Notes: a model not told the origin generated them from the sequence alone. A stretch of 63,606 bases of DNA, filler included, from Reclinomonas americana ATCC 50394 (GCA_048213135.1; 17 parts of 17 records of this genome joined end to end with filler, not necessarily neighbours in it); one strand, 5' to 3'. Positions 1 to 14,216 are shown, counted from the first letter of the whole stretch. Program-made: numbers and translations.

Positions 1-170
1 CTCTTCCTCTCTCCCTTGCACTCTCCTTGTCTGTGCTTCCGCACCCTTGCCTTCTCCTCTGTGTTCCTCTCACCTTTCCTGCCTTCTATTCTCTTGTTGT
101 TCTCCTTCTTCCAATTCTCTCTTTCCCTCTCTCCTTCTTCTCATCCCCTTTTTCTCCTCTCCAGCCCACC

Positions 171-2865
171 ATGGATCGCCACCCGCACATCCGCGGCACT
201 CGATTATCCACCGACGATCGTGCTGCTTCTGCCACCGCTGCTTCTGCTTCTGCTAACGACGATGATCGCAAACGCAACGACGATGATGACGACGACGACG
301 ACGATGACATGGTCGTCAGTGGCAATCGCCGTCGCAAAAATCACCGTGGCGACGAGCGACGGCGATTGCTGACTGCCGAGGACGAGATGAGTGAGTCGGT
401 GGCGCTGTCGCCGTCGGAGAGCGACATGCTGCAGTCGCCAAGTGGCGACGTTGTGCCGCTGCCACCGTCACCGCCACCGCCGCCACATCCCCCTCTGCTG
501 GTGCATGTGGAGCCGGCATTTGTGCCGCCGCCGCCGCCGCCACCGTTGCTGCTGCTGCAGCCCGAGGTCGCGGTCGAGGTTCCTGCTCCGCTTCCGCTGC
601 CCGCCGGTGCTGCGGCGGCGGCGGCTGGGGACGTGGAGGTCGCCGTGCCGATGATGCCGAATGTGGCGCCCATGTCGAGGGCAAGTCGTGCGGAGCGGAT
701 GGAGCGTGTGTCGTGCAACGTGTGCAAGGTGCTGGCGTTTCCATGTGCGAGCTCGTGGTACTTTTGCACCGGGTTCAGCGAGGGTTTTATCGAGGAGTGT
801 GATCGACTGGTACGTTGTCCCTTTTCTTTGCGTTCCGTTCGCCTCACTTACCGAGTGCGGCGCAGCACTATGCGTATGCCTGCTCCCGGAGTATGGAGCG
901 TGCATGGAATCCAGTTGCGCTGAACCCTCGATGCCTCTCTGTCTCCCATCTTTTTCTCTCTCTCTCTCTCTCTCACACACACAAATGAATTTGGATTCGC
1001 AGTGGAAGCTCCCCACGGAAAACACCACGGACATGGTCACGCGCGGCGCGCGACGTGTGTTTTGCTGTCGCACCACACCGCCGGATCCCGACCTGTCGTG
1101 GATGGATGATGCACGAGGTGTGAAGCGTGGAAACCTTTTGTTTCTTCCTGTAGCTCACTCACCGTTGCTCCTCCACGCAGCCAACGGCATTCCTCTGCAT
1201 CTCTTCCTCAATCGCCCCGACTTGATGCACGGCGGTCCGCGGCCACCGGGTGCCGATGGCGGGGCGGGGGCAGCCGCGGCAGCGGCATTAGCAGCCGCAG
1301 CCCCACCACCCGCAGCGGCAGATGATGCGCCGCCTCCCGCTGTTTCCAACGCAGTCATGGTGGTCGACGGCGAGGTGGTTGACATTGTGCACATTCCACA
1401 GCCGCCACAAGGACCACCTCCACCACCACCGCCACCACCTCCTCCGCCTGCACGCTCCGCGTCTTTGTCGTCGTTGGCTGGCGCCTCGGCGTCGGCCATT
1501 CCGAGTGTGACTGCGGGTGAGGCGGTGGATGACGAGATGTTTCTGTGCAAAGTTGAGTGGAAAGGGGGGAAGGGGGGAGATGGGAAAGAGAGTAGCACAG
1601 AGAGAGAGAGAGAGAGCAGAAGGCAAGGGCCAAAGGAGGCAGCGACATCCGGAAGGACGAGCAGAGAACATGGGAGAATGAGCAATCCGTGGGTGGTTCC
1701 CACTGCTCTTCCTGCGACGATTGCTCCTTCTTTCTTTATCTCTCTCTGTGCGTCCTCATTCCGGTGCGTTGTTTCGACCGCCGGTTTTCTGCCTTAATCC
1801 CCTTTTTCTCCTCTCACTTCCGGCATCCTCTTCTCACTGTGTCGTTGTAACTGCCGTCGATTTTGTTGATCCAGCTATATTCATCCTTTCTGCCTTTAGT
1901 ACTTGCCACGCTTCTTTGCATACTCCTCTCAGTGCAGAGCTGCTCACCATCTCCTTTGCTTCAAACTTTGCTGTCTGCCTCCCTCCCTCTCTCTTCTCCT
2001 CTTTCTCATTATCTCTCTTCTTCCAGATTCACCACATCCACTTGCATTCTTTACTCACTGCGCTGTTTCCAACTTGGCTGTCTGCATCTCTCCCTCTCTC
2101 TTCTCCTCTTTCTCATTATCTCTCTCCTCCTCCCCGTTGCACCACATCCGCTTGCGTTCTTTACTCACTACGCTGTTTCCAACTTTGCTGTCTGCATCTC
2201 TCCCTCTCTCTTCTCCTCTTTCTCATTATCTCTCTCCTTCCAGATTCACCACACCCGCTTGCACTCTTTGCTCATTGCGCTGTTTCGGCTGCGCTGTCTT
2301 CGGTGATCATCTTGAATCCTCGTTCTTCCGTCTCTCTCTGTGTATCTATCTATCTGTCTCATCCTTCATCTCCTTCTCTCCTCCCCGTTTCACCACATCC
2401 ACTTGCATTCTTTTGCTCACTGCGCTGTTCCAGCTTTGTTGTCTCCGTTGATCAACTCTATCTCGCTCTCTCTCTCTTTCTTTCTTTCTTTCTTCCCACC
2501 CTCCCCTTCCCCTCCCACCCCATCTCCCCTCTCGTATCCATTATCTCCTTCTCTCCCACCTATTCTTTACTCACTGCGGTATTCAGCTTTGTTGGATTCG
2601 TTGATCAACTCTCTCTCTCTCTCTTTCTTTCTTCTCACCCTTCCCTTCCCCTCCCACCCCTTCTCCCCCTTTGCAGGTCTGCTACGCCCGACCAATCGAC
2701 TGCGCGCTGCTGGAGTGCGGCCATCAAGTGGCGTGCGTGCAGTGCGCGCGCGAGTGCGCCACGTGCCCGATTTGCCGCGACCCCATTGTGCGCATCATCA
2801 AGATCTACATACCGCAGCTGAGTGGCACCAGCGCCGCGGGCGGCAGCGGCGTGCATTCCAAGTGA
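171..2865 (+). CDS. RING-HC (IAP/Mdm2-like C3HC4) E3 ubiquitin ligase, 5 exons
   Basis: Frame-consistent GT-AG exons 171-809, 866-913, 1003-1117, 1181-1551, 2677-2865. The spliced C-terminus CK|VCYARPIDCALLECGHQVACVQCARECATCPICRDPIVRIIKIY is a classic RING-HC. The N-terminus is acidic and Pro-rich. Confidence 0.8.
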
Positions 2866-2981
2866 CAATGCAACTGTACTCTTTTCCCTCCAGAAAAAAC
2901 ACACTCCCGTTGCCGTACATTGGCTTTCCCCTTAACAATTATTTTCTGCCACGTACAAACACGCAAACACACACACACAGC

Positions 2982-4222
2982 TCACAGCATCATCGGGTCG
3001 TCGCCGAACAACGCGTTGTACATGTTATCGTGGTCATCGCCGTCGCCCACGGGTGCCACTGGAGCCGCGAGTGGAGGCAGGCAAGCGGCGGTGTCGACGT
3101 ACGGAAGTGGGTGATGGAAGTCGTCCATCCAGCTCTCCGTTGGTGCCTGTCGTGGTGCCTCCATCTCGAGCTCGGGCGCACGGTACTGCACCGGCGGCAG
3201 TGGCAACAGAGGCAGCACCGGTGGTGGTGGTGGTGGTGGAAGCATGGTGATGGGCGATAGTGGCAGAGGGGTCATGGCGTACTGCTGCTGCATCGGCACT
3301 GGTGACGCCGCTCGGCCAAAGCTGGCAGTGGTCGGGTATGGCGATGGCATGGCACACACTGCCATGGGGAATGGCGACGACGGTGGGGCGAATTGCGCGG
3401 AGAGCGAAGGAGCCTCGACTTCGATGCTGTGATGATTCGAGCCTTGTGCGCCACCGCCGCGACGACGACGGCGTGGGGCCGCTGCGGTGTCGTCCTGCGC
3501 GGCTGCTGCTGCTGCTGCCTTCGAGATCCACCGCGTGTCGCTGCTGAGGTGCTCCGATCGGCACAGCTCGTTCCACGAGGCACATGTCTGCTTCCATCGC
3601 TCAAAACCAGGACCAAACTGCACAATGTAACAAGCGCAGCGAGACGTCAGAGTCGGACGAGTGCACGTGGGAGAGAGGCAGAGCGAGAGACAAACCTCGG
3701 CTGCCAGAAGAGCGTTGACACCTTTAAGGATGTTGCGCATAGGTGCCTTCTTCTTACCACCTCGCTCAAAGTTGGCGAGCACCCATTCGCGCGCCACGGC
3801 CACTTGAGTGTCATCGACTTCGCCGGTGCCCTTGGAGGCGTGCGGAACGGTACGCTTGCGCTTCGGCTTTGGCTGGCCGCGGCTGTCGAAGCTTTGCGTT
3901 TCGTCGTCGTCATTGTAGTCCTCCTCCTCTTCCTCGCGTGGTCTCCGGCGAGAGGTGCGAGTGCGAGAATTTGTGCGGGGGGCTGGTGGCGGCATGGTGA
4001 TTGTCATGTCCGGAAACAACACCGGCACTACCTCATCAGCATCGTCGGCTTCGATAATCATCTGCACCACGCAAGCAAGCAAGCAGAGAGAAATGCACAC
4101 ACACAGAGAGAGAGGGAGTGGTGGCGTGAGGAGTGGCGGCCATGTCTGCGAACACGCACGAACACACTTCTCACCGCTTGCGCGTTGCTCAGCTGCGCAG
4201 TTGATCGTCGCTGGCGTTGCAT
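2982..4222 (-). CDS. Hypothetical protein (basic NLS-like patch KPKRKR, Pro-rich tail), about 3 exons
   Basis: GC-rich open exons with GT-AG junctions (e.g. AAE|GTTTGT...cag|FGPG). No family recognised. Confidence 0.5.
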
Positions 4223-4763
4223 GGTGATGGAGTGGAAGAGAGAGAGACAGAGAGGGACTATGAAGAAGAGAGGGGAGGGGAGCACACAACGTTGGCTCTC
4301 AGGAGTGCAAAGAAAGTCAATGTGAGAGCAGTCGAAAGTGTGGTGTCGTGAGGTCATTGCGCGAGAAATCCGGCAACCAGGACGCTACGTGATATTTGCG
4401 ATAGTCGGACAACTCTGCTTTTCTGGGATTCAAACACATAGAATACGGAAAACGTGACCCGGCGCCTTCCGACACCAGACGCTGTACAGAAGCATGTTGT
4501 CTGACGTGAATTTTTGAGCCCGCTGCGCATGCACGCAACACGACACTACGGTTGAGGGGGATCGATCGCGCTCCTCCAACACTTACACGACGGCTGCGAG
4601 AGGAGGCGAAGAGTGAGAGCACAAATCTCACATGTCTGACAACTTTCTGACAGGCGCGGGGGCTGCGCATCTCATCAGACAACAAGAACAAGCCAGTGTC
4701 AGTTTTCGTTGTAGGAGACGACATCACCGATATAAAGTGTTCGGCGTGCACTGCCACGTCTGT

Positions 4764-7094
4764 TTACGCAATGCGATCTGCGTCTCGCACAGCTTCCTCA
4801 AAGAGACGGGCGAGACGCACGGCCAGGGACTGCAATCCGCGAGCCTGTGCACGTGCACGACAAAAATGGTGAAAAACCAGCAATGTGTGAGGAAGATAAA
4901 AATAGGCAAGTGTCTCTCACTGGAGCTCGTCGACCCTCACACGAAACTCCTTGCAAGTTGCATAAGACGGCCACCACCACGCCTTCTGCCGCCCTCGAGT
5001 CCGATCTGACGATTAGTGGCAGAAAGCAAGTATTAATGCAAATCCGACAACCGCGACGACACGTGACATCATGAGTGACAGCAACACAGAAAGAGGCAAA
5101 AGCAACGACCCCCGCCGACACAAACACAACTCCAGTGGTGGGGCCACAGACAACAAAATAGAAACAAGAACCCCCCACTGTGAGAAATAAGGAGAGAAGA
5201 GAGCTCGAGAGAGAGACCGCCCTTCTCGCTCTGCACTTTCTCCTTCCCCGCTTTCCCTCCCTACTCTTTCCCCCTCCGAGACTCACGTTTCCTCGTCGCC
5301 AACGGTGGTCGGCGCCGGTGGCAAGAGGACCAGCATGGAGGTGCCGCCAACAGCGCCTCCCGAGTGACTGACAAAAAAGTGCTGCTGTGCACCGTGGCCG
5401 TCAAAGAGCTGGTGAGCGGGGTGCACCACGAAGCCGAGCCCTTTTTTTTCATGGCAAGGGGTGGGAGACATGTCGCTCCTGGTCAACACCAACAAAACCT
5501 CACTCACCATACGACGCCTGGTGCCATTCACGTGCCGGCTCGGCGCTTCCATCATGGGGTGTAAACTGTGATGGCCAAACGGGAGGGAGAGAGAGTGTGT
5601 GGGCACGGTGATTTTGTTCAGCAAAGTCACAGCGGGTACACACCATTGCGCGCACGGACGACGGTTTGAGGAACGAGTGGCCGTCGTCATCCTCACGCTG
5701 CTGCTGCTGCCATGAGTGCAACATGGCGGCGCCGAAGGCACACAAATCCTCGGCGGTGGAAAGGAAGCCTGTGGGAGAGACGAGGTCAGAGAAGAGACAG
5801 AAAGAAAGAGTGTGAGTGCGTGTGCGAACCACCGCCAGCCCATTTCAATGAGCAGTCGACTGCTGGTGCATTCTGGAGTCGGTGGGGCGACTTGCGTGAT
5901 CGCACGTACTGTCGCGCTCGTCCGTGCAGAATGTCTTCCGGGCTGTGGTGACAGGAAAGGAGGTTTAGGACCAGTTTCACGGCATTCTTCTCGCGGCTCG
6001 GTGTTTTCTCCCTCCCAGGTTTCTCTTTCTCTCTCTCTCCCCTCGCCCGACGATGTTCTCTCTCTACATATCTTCTTCGTTCTCTCCTTTCCTCTTTCCA
6101 TCTCTCTTAGTCTCCTCCTCTCTCTCTTTCCCAGTCTGTTCTCTCTCTCTGCCTCTCTCCCTCTCTCTTCTCTCCCCCTCTCTCACCGATCGGGAACCGT
6201 GTTGCTCATGCCCAGCTCACGGAACATGCCTGCACAACCATGAGCCAACACCTCCCCACAAGACACGCAGCAACGACCACCAACCTTCCATCACACTCAA
6301 AAACTCCTTCCCACCGCTCACCGCCTCCACAATCGCCGACAACACCGTGTACCCATGCGTCGTATACACGCGCTTCTCACCAGGCACACAGCACAACGGA
6401 TCACTGCGTGCGTCACCCCACTCAACAACCAAGCACGCGCGCAACGGAGAATCACCCGCAAGCCTCGCTGCGCGCAACTTGGCAAACACCCTCATGGCCT
6501 CGGCGACCGTCTCATATCGATGATTCGAGTGAAACTCGACGGGATTCTCACCGCCCTCAGGCACCAAGTAGTGCCGCACGCAGCCGAGATGCGACAGCAG
6601 TTGTCTCACCGTCACCGCTGCTGCAGAGCTTGCAGGCCCCGGAGGCGCAAATGAAGGCACATAGCGCGACACAGGCGCGTCCAGATCAACACGGCCCTGC
6701 TCCACTCTGTACGCTTATATAATCAGCTGCAGACTCCTTACCAGATGTGCAAAAAAAGAGCGTTTCCAACTGACAATCGCATGACACAGGCGGCGGTGAG
6801 CGGTTTCGAAATCGACGCAATGCGCATGAGCGATGAGTGCGGTGAGCATCGCACGTGGTTCTCCACATCGGCGAATCCGTGTCCGCTGCAGTGCACCAGG
6901 CGGCGTCCGATGCGCACGGCCACGGTGAGGCCGGGAATGCCGTGTTCGGAGCAGAAGCGATCGCAGAGTGTGCGCGCGTGATCGCGGGCGGAGGAGAGTG
7001 AGTGATCGACTGGGGAGGGTGAGGAGGAGGCGGAGAGTGGGAAGGGTATGCCAAGGAGAAGAGTGCCGCAGGTGGCTAGCGCGCGCAGGAGCAT
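4764..7094 (-). CDS. LACTB: LACTB-like serine beta-lactamase-fold hydrolase, multi-exon
   Basis: Spliced product contains MRIASISKPLT (SxxK), LVEQGRVDLD, RQLLSHLGCVRHY, NDPL..PG...YTTHGY (YxT), KWAGGGFLS, YGLGF and HSGGAVGGTS. The N-terminus MLLRALAT looks like a targeting sequence. Confidence 0.88.
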
Positions 7095-7438
7095 GGGGAA
7101 AAAGTTGTCGTCCTGTGGCGGGTTTGGGGGGAAGGAGAGAGAGAGAGAGAATAAAGGCGCGGGAGGTCATCCAAGCTTGCTTTTCGTTGTGCCGTGGCCG
7201 AGGCTCATCCGCACGTGTGCCACAAAGCATAGGAGAAGCGAAAGCCTCAAAAGTGTTCATTCTCTCATACAGTATGCATCGCTGCGCTGTGCATGCAGCA
7301 GGTGATGGCCGACAGCAAGGAGGGTGGAGAGGAAGAGGTGGATAGTGGGGAGGAAAGGGGGGAGAAGGGGGAAACGGAGGGAACATTGCAACGTCGACGT
7401 CGACGTCGGTGGTGATCGGAAGTACTTCCTGTGCGTTG

Positions 7439-7492
<54 letters not shown>

Positions 7493-7584
7493 AGGAGTAG
7501 TCTCTACGTGTAGTAGTTAGTTAGGACGACGTACGTACGACTACTTCGTAGGAACGTAATAGTACGACGTCGGTCGTCGTTCGT

Positions 7585-7683
7585 NNNNNNNNNNNNNNNN
7601 NNNNNNNNNNNNNNNNNNNNNNNNNNNNTTAATTAATTAANNNNNNNNNNNNNNNNNNNNNNNNNNNNNNNNNNNNNNNNNNN
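7585..7683. other. Assembly gap spacer (N...TTAATTAATTAA...N), first of 16
   Basis: The same spacer with stops in all frames recurs at about 14298, 17713, 23123, 25764, 29301, 36198, 38565, 40048, 44742, 46087, 47578, 49906, 51373, 57256 and 61186. The NHE and VIT1 genes continue across spacers, so at least those contigs are in scaffold order. Confidence 0.97.
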
Positions 7684-7822
7684 NCGTACGTTAGTACGTA
7701 GTACGTACGTACGTACGTACGTACGTACGTTACGTTACGGTAACGTTAACGTACGTACGTACGTTCGTCGTCGTTCGTCGTTCGTTCGTTCGTCGTCGTC
7801 GTCGTCGTCGTCGTACGTGTAG

Positions 7823-7880
<58 letters not shown>

Positions 7881-8179
7881 GAGAGAGAGAGAGAGAGGAG
7901 GAGGAGGACGGAGAGAGAGAGAGAGAGTGAAAGAGTGAGTGATCGAGAGACAGTGAGAGCGAACCATACGCACCCGTGCTCCTTCACACACGCACACACA
8001 CACGCTCTCTCTCATTGATTCACTCACACGCTCATTCACTTGCTTTCTCACTCTCTCACTCACTCCCTCTCACACACATTCATTCATTCACCCACACCCT
8101 CTCTCTCTTTCACACACTCTCTCTCACTCACTCCCTCTCTCACACTCATTCTCACTTGCTCTCTCTCTCTCTCTCGCAG

Positions 8180-8839
8180 GCGCTCTGATGGGAGCTCGTC
8201 GTGGCAGCACTGCGTCGCTGGTGATGGGCGGCTCAGCGGCCGCACTCATTGCCTTTTTCACCTATCGCGTGTCCAAGGCGCTGTCGACCCCGTGGCCTCT
8301 CTTCAGTTGAGTGACACAAAGGGAAGAGAGGGAGGGGAGAAGGGGGAAGCATGATTGTGATTCTGTATTCATATGCGGAAGAATCGCATGTCTTGTCTCT
8401 ATAATGTGCGAAGAGAGTAAGGCGAAAGCCAGTGAGGAAGTGGCATGTGGGTTTGCAGCGAGGGTGAGAGACACTGGCGGAACAGTTGTCGAGCTCGTAT
8501 TCTCGCTCTATGAGTGCAAGCGACATCCATCCTCGAACTTGGCACACTGACAGACTGGTTAACGAGACAAGTCGAGGCAAAACATACATCTCGTCCTTGA
8601 AGCTTGCGCTCTCTGTCATGCATCTCCCTGTTACTGGCCTTGAATCTCTTTCATCTCCTCACCCTTCTCCCTCAACCTTCTCTCCCTCAGTCATTGCCGT
8701 CTTCCTGGCCATCTTCATGGGCGTGCGCTTCCTCAGCTCCGGCAACTTCATGCCCGCCGGCCTCGTCGCCCTCCTCTCCGCCTTTATGGCGCTGCACTAC
8801 GCCATGGGATTCTCGTCGGGAGGCGTGGAACGCGTGTAA
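8180..8839 (+). CDS. TMEM14: TMEM14/FAX family membrane protein (5' exon missing)
   Basis: Exons 8180-8305 and 8691-8839 give GALMGARRGSTASLVMGG...MGVRFLSSGNFMPAGLVALLS, which carries the TMEM14 hallmark motifs. Confidence 0.85.
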
Positions 8840-8882
8840 AAGCTCTGCCACAAGTTGTGCGTTGGTGCGTACACGTTTTCAT

Positions 8883-11800
8883 TCAGTGAAAATGCCGATT
8901 CATACGCCGCATCATGAGGTTGAGCAGGGCCGACGGCGTGTAGTGGCGACCGGCGGGAAGCGTGTGACCATCGGAGAGCACATTGATGACTTCGGCGCAC
9001 TGCAAGTGCGAGAGGATGCGTGTGGACAGTGGGCGACAGTCGCTGAGCTCCACGTCCACGTCGCGCTCGGCCTGTGCCCGCAGTCGGCGACGCAGGCGGT
9101 CGGGATCGTTGTCGTCGATGGCAAAGGCGGCGTCGACCATGGCACCGCGGCTGTCGCTGTCGTGCGTCAGCGCGGCGAGGCTCTGTGTGCGCACCGTTTC
9201 GATCCGCAGTTCCTCCTGTGTGTGCGTGTGGTGAGTGATGCGTTGAAGAAAGGAAGGAGAGGGAGGATAGGGTTTGCGCAACGAGGCGTCGCTTGACGTG
9301 TCGCTCGTGCTTCCGCTCGTACTCGAGCTGCTCGCAGGCGCTGATGCGGCGCATGCGGGTGACCATGGTCATGGTGGCGTTTTCGATGATCATCCTGTGA
9401 CGGGGGGAAAGAGATGAAGAGAGGGTGTGTGTGAGAGAGAGAGAGAAAGGGGAAGAAGTAGAAGAAGAAAAGAAGGAATAGAAGAGGCAAAGCGATGCGA
9501 CAATCCAAGAGTTAGGAAAGGAGGTGCACTGAGTGGAGAGACGCCGCGGCCGTGGAAGGGTGGCACAGGCAGAACGGAGGAGAACTTGAAAGGTCCAGCG
9601 ACAACGGCATCGGGGGACGAGGGAAAAAATGAAGAGGAAAGAGAGAGAGAATGTGGGAGCTGAACTGGTGGAGTGACGAGGGAAAGAGAGTGGAATTATG
9701 TGACAAAGGGTAATGGGGGCTCCAAATATGAAGGAGAAAAAAGAAAGCTGAACTTGTGGGTTGAAGAGGGAGAGTGGAACAAAGGAAACGGGGCTCCTGC
9801 ATCCGCCATTAAAAAGGGCCTGGGGCCGAGAACTGAATTACATAAGGAAGGAAGGACTCAGACACAGGAACTGCAGGAGAGGCAAGGTGCGAAGAATCAG
9901 AGTGATGACTGGTTCGCAGCAGCGCGCGCGAAAGAGAGAACGACAACCGACGAGCAACGAGATCCCACCCACGAACCATGGCAAGCCATGCGTGACAGTC
10001 GACGGGTTCTTCAAGTGGTGCGCAAAGGCCTTGTATCTGCGTGTTGGAGACAAGAATGAGCCACCGTCACCATGAGCGCGTCTCGTGCACTACACGCAAC
10101 GAGTCCTCGGTGAAACCCGCACGGCGGAGAAGCGTGGTGATCGGTGCCTGTGCGAGATGTACAATTGAGAACAACAGCATACGTACGTTAGAGGAAGCAG
10201 TACATCGCACCGTTTGATCTGACCACTCGAGCTCCTCGTCGCCATGCGAGGAGACGCGGTGGACGACGCAAAGGATGCGGCGAATCTGTCACACGATGAT
10301 GGTGAGGAGAAAGAAGGGAAGCAGAGGGAAGGAGAGCGAAACGAGAGGGAAGGAGAGGGGGGGAGAGGGAAGCAAAGGGAGGAGAGGAAGGAGAGGGAGG
10401 AGAAGGAGGAGAGGGAGACGAAAGGTGACAAGCTCGGCAAGAGCAAACGCTGAACAAGTGTAGGAAGAGCAGAGGAGGACGAGCAGATATGGGAAGAGCA
10501 CAGAAGAGAGAGCACAGGGGAAAGAGCAAGGGAGGAAGAGCAATGGTGAAAGTGAGAAGGGATAGAGAAGGGGGAAGAGAAGGGGGAAGACAAGGGGGAA
10601 GAGAAGGGAGAAGGAGGGGAAAGAGGAGAAAGAGGGGAAAGAGGGGAAAGAGGGGAAAGAGGGAAAGAGAAGGGAAAGAGGGAAAGAGCAAGGGGGAAGA
10701 GCAAGGGGGAAGAGAGGGGAAGAGAAGGGGGAAGAGGGGAAAGAGGGGAAAGAGGGGAAAGAGGGAAGAGAGGGGAAAGAGGAGAAGAATTCGAAGCGAT
10801 GGAAAGAGGAGAAGAGAAATGGGGCAAAAAGCAGGAAACACAGGAAGCAACAAGAAGAGGAAAGGAGGGGACACAAAGAATGACAAGAAAGCGAGTGCGG
10901 AGAGTGAGAAAGTCAGTGAGAGAGAGAAGGACACAAAATAGAAAGGTCAGCGGCGAAGAAGGAGGTGAGACTGCTAACAGCGAAGCAGGCCGAAGATGAA
11001 ACAACGGCGCAGTGATCGTGTACCTTGATAAGGTTGAGGACGCGACACGCGGCGCGACACCGCAGAAATGCACGTACTGTGCGCTGCGCCAATGTGACTG
11101 CAGAGAGCGGGCAGAGATGAGACAACATAGAAGGCAAGGACGAAGCTCTGCGAGGCACAAACCTTTTCCTCGAAACTGTCGCACGGCACCAGCCAGCTGC
11201 ACAACAGAAAGAGTGAAATTGAAATTCACGCAGAAAATCTTCTCCCCTGCCACACCTTTTGCGACTCCGAGGTGTTGCGAAGGAAGGACTTGATGGTGGC
11301 CAGTGCACGGCGGATTTTCTGTCGCCGACAGTTGGCGACGAACCGAAACAGGTTGCTGCGGAGAGAGAATCAGCATGCCAAGCGCACGAATGCGACGTCT
11401 CTCGCCCTCGTGGCACATACCGACGCAGCACAAGCCAGGCTGCCTTTCGGCGCTTGGCCTGTCGCAGCTGGAAGCGCGGCCAGAAGAGACGCTGGAGCGT
11501 GACCACAGCGCGGACTCGTCTCCGCATTAATCGTTGTCGCTCGCGGTGCGCCTGTGCATGCCACATTGAGCAGCGCGACAAAGGAAGAAGAACAGCGGAG
11601 GAGAGGCACCTCCAAGCTGGCGGACAAGAAATGCAGCCGCTCCACCATGACCGACAGCGTCAACCACAGTCTGCGCCCACAATGTCAGTTCCTGATAGGT
11701 TTATGAAACAGGGAAAGGCAACAACGAACTTGTTGCACGGCCGCATCGCGCGCATGTACTGCTTGTGCTGCTGCAGTTCCTCCGCCTGCGCGTGCAAAAG

Positions 11801-13845
11801 ACCATCAGATGAGCAACCACTTCCCGTGACAAAACTCATCGCACCACTCACCGCAGCCTGCTTCCGCAGCGACTCGTTCACCTGCTCCTGTGCGCGCGCC
11901 ACACGCTCCTGCTCGTGTCTTATCTTGCTCTCCATGTGCCGCTGCAGCGATTCGACCAATCGTTCCTGATTCTCCTGCACCAGCTCCAGGCGACGCTCTG
12001 GGCTCAACCGAGCCGCTTCCTCACGATTCCGCTGCGAGGTTGAATGTGAGTGAGTAAACAAGATAGACACCCATTTCCCTCCATGTTGAGCCCACCTGCG
12101 TCACATTCGCTGCCGGATCGGAGGCACGGCGCTGCCGTCGCTCCCGCTCGTACTCCTCCACGCGCTTCTTGAGAGCGCGGCGTTCCTCAGGAAACTCGCG
12201 CATACGCTCCTCCGTCACCAGCAGCTGCTCGTGCAGACTCATGCGCTCCCACGATTTGTCAAAGCGTGCACCGCCGCGTGAACCGCTCTTGGCGAGCGGA
12301 GCGCTGCCGCGACGAAGCCGCCTGTGATTGTCGGTGGGCGGCGAGATGCCGGCGGCCGCCATGATGAGTGCCTGTCGTCGTCGCTCCAGCACGGCGCCGC
12401 TGGCGGGGGGCAGGCCGCTGCTAAAGTCCTCGCGGAAGACCAGGAGGTCGACTGAAGAAGGGGAGGAAGGGAAACGGGAGGGGGGATGAGGGGAAGGGAG
12501 GGGAGGGTCGAAAAGAAGAATGAGAAAGCGGGAGCAGAAGAGTGATGAGAAGAAGAAGAAAGAGATGAGCAGAAGGAGACGTGGAAAGAAAAGAGAGGCA
12601 GAAAAGGAGAAGACAGAAGGGGAGGGAGAAAACGGAAAGAGGAAGAGGGAGAGAAGAGTGATGAGAAGGGAGACAGCACCGAGAGAGTGAGAAGGGTTGA
12701 GGAGAGAGGGAGAGAGGGAAGGAGAAGAGGAAGCCGAGGAGAAGTGGAGAGGAATTGGAGAGGGAAGAAGAGCAGAGAGGCAGAGAGGTGCGATGCGGAG
12801 AAGAGTGCAATAAGAAGGGAGGCAGCGCAGGGAGACTGAGGAGGGACGAGGAGAAAGAGAAAATTGGAAATGGAGGGGAAACGGGGAAGAGGAAGTCGTG
12901 GAGAAGTGGTGGGGAAGTGGAGAGAGAAGGAAAGTAGAGAGAGGTAGAGGATGCGATGCGGAGAAGGGGTTGCAGGAGAGAAAGGGAGAGAAGAAGAAGA
13001 GGAATTCATAGAAAGAAGAGGACGGGAGATTGCGAAGAGGCAGGAGGTCGGAGGGAGCAGAAGAGGGAGGAAAGAAAGAAGAGGGAAGAGAAGGGGGCAA
13101 GGTACACAAGGAACACGCAGATGGAAGGATCGGAAGAGAGGAAGGGAACAAAAGGTGGTGAGGGGGAATAGAAGGGAGAATGTGATGAAGAAAGGAAAGC
13201 GAGAGCGGAGGAGGCGCTGCGTGTAGTAGAGAGGAGAGGCGGTGCGACTAGAATGCCTCGAGCAACGCAACACATCAAGTCGTGGAAGTCGCGGGCCACC
13301 TCCTCACGACTTCTCCCCTGCACCTCCTCCTCCTCCTCCCCTTGCTCCTCCTGCTGCTGCGCCTCTCGCTTCTGCAGACCGCCAATCGCCGGTAACCTCA
13401 CCGGTGCAGTCGACAACTGCCGACCTACACTCCCACCCACAGTAAACACCAAGGGCAAAAGAGAGAAACTTCTTCGATATCTGCAGCGCTGCTCACCATG
13501 CTCGTCCGCGCAACCCAATGACAAAAATCCGAACATGTCATCCTCCTCCTCCTCCTCTGCCTCCTCCACCTCCTCCTTTGCGCGCCCCAGTGCAGCATTC
13601 ACCAGTGCATCCAACGCCGCCGACGCACGCGCTCTGGCCACAATCAGCGCCGGATTACTCACCGACTCGCTCCATTGCTGATCGCGACGCAGAGTGCGCG
13701 CAGTGGCGACGGGCGGCGACGTGCGACGTGCAGGACGGCGTGAAGGCGGGGAGGGTGGCGACGAAGGCGCAGTGGGTGGCGGCGGGAGAGAGCTGCGAGT
13801 GTGTCCTGTTTCCCCCCCAGAGTGTGAGCGTTTTTCGCGTGTCAT
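8883..13845 (-). CDS. Hypothetical coiled-coil protein with IQ-like motifs, more than 10 exons
   Basis: Chain of frame-consistent exons (e.g. DLMF DLLVFREDF, RNREEAARLSPERRLELVQENQERL, VVTLQRLFWPR, VTLAQRTVRAFLRCR, KRRL|EELRIETVR). Exons between 9400 and 10950 are uncertain. Confidence 0.55.
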
Positions 13846-14068
13846 TGTGAGAGAAGAGTGACTGACTGACCAAAGAGGACGTGGCGGGCGGCGGTGGCGT
13901 GTTGTGGGAGGTCGCGCGCGGTGCGTGTGTCGCGACGAGCGCGGCTTAGCATTTTGTTTGTGAATGAGCGAGTGGCGTTTTGAGTTGTTTACGGTGGTGT
14001 TCGCGCTTGGGTGGTGCGTTTCTTGCAGGTGGTAACTGATGGGGGAAAGGAGAGAAGGAGAGAGTGGT

Positions 14069-14216
<148 letters not shown>

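Noticed and set aside
1721..2821. Long Leu/Ser/Phe/Pro-rich or Arg/Glu-rich ORFs (also 10090-11433, 12021-13273, 18890-19702, 58345-59729)
   Set aside because: They are largely stop-poor translations of (CT)n/(GA)n intron sequence.
7500..7820. TACG/ACGT/CGT-rich tracts at contig ends (also 14215-14297)
   Set aside because: They match pyrosequencing flow-order noise after microsatellites, not a telomere or satellite.
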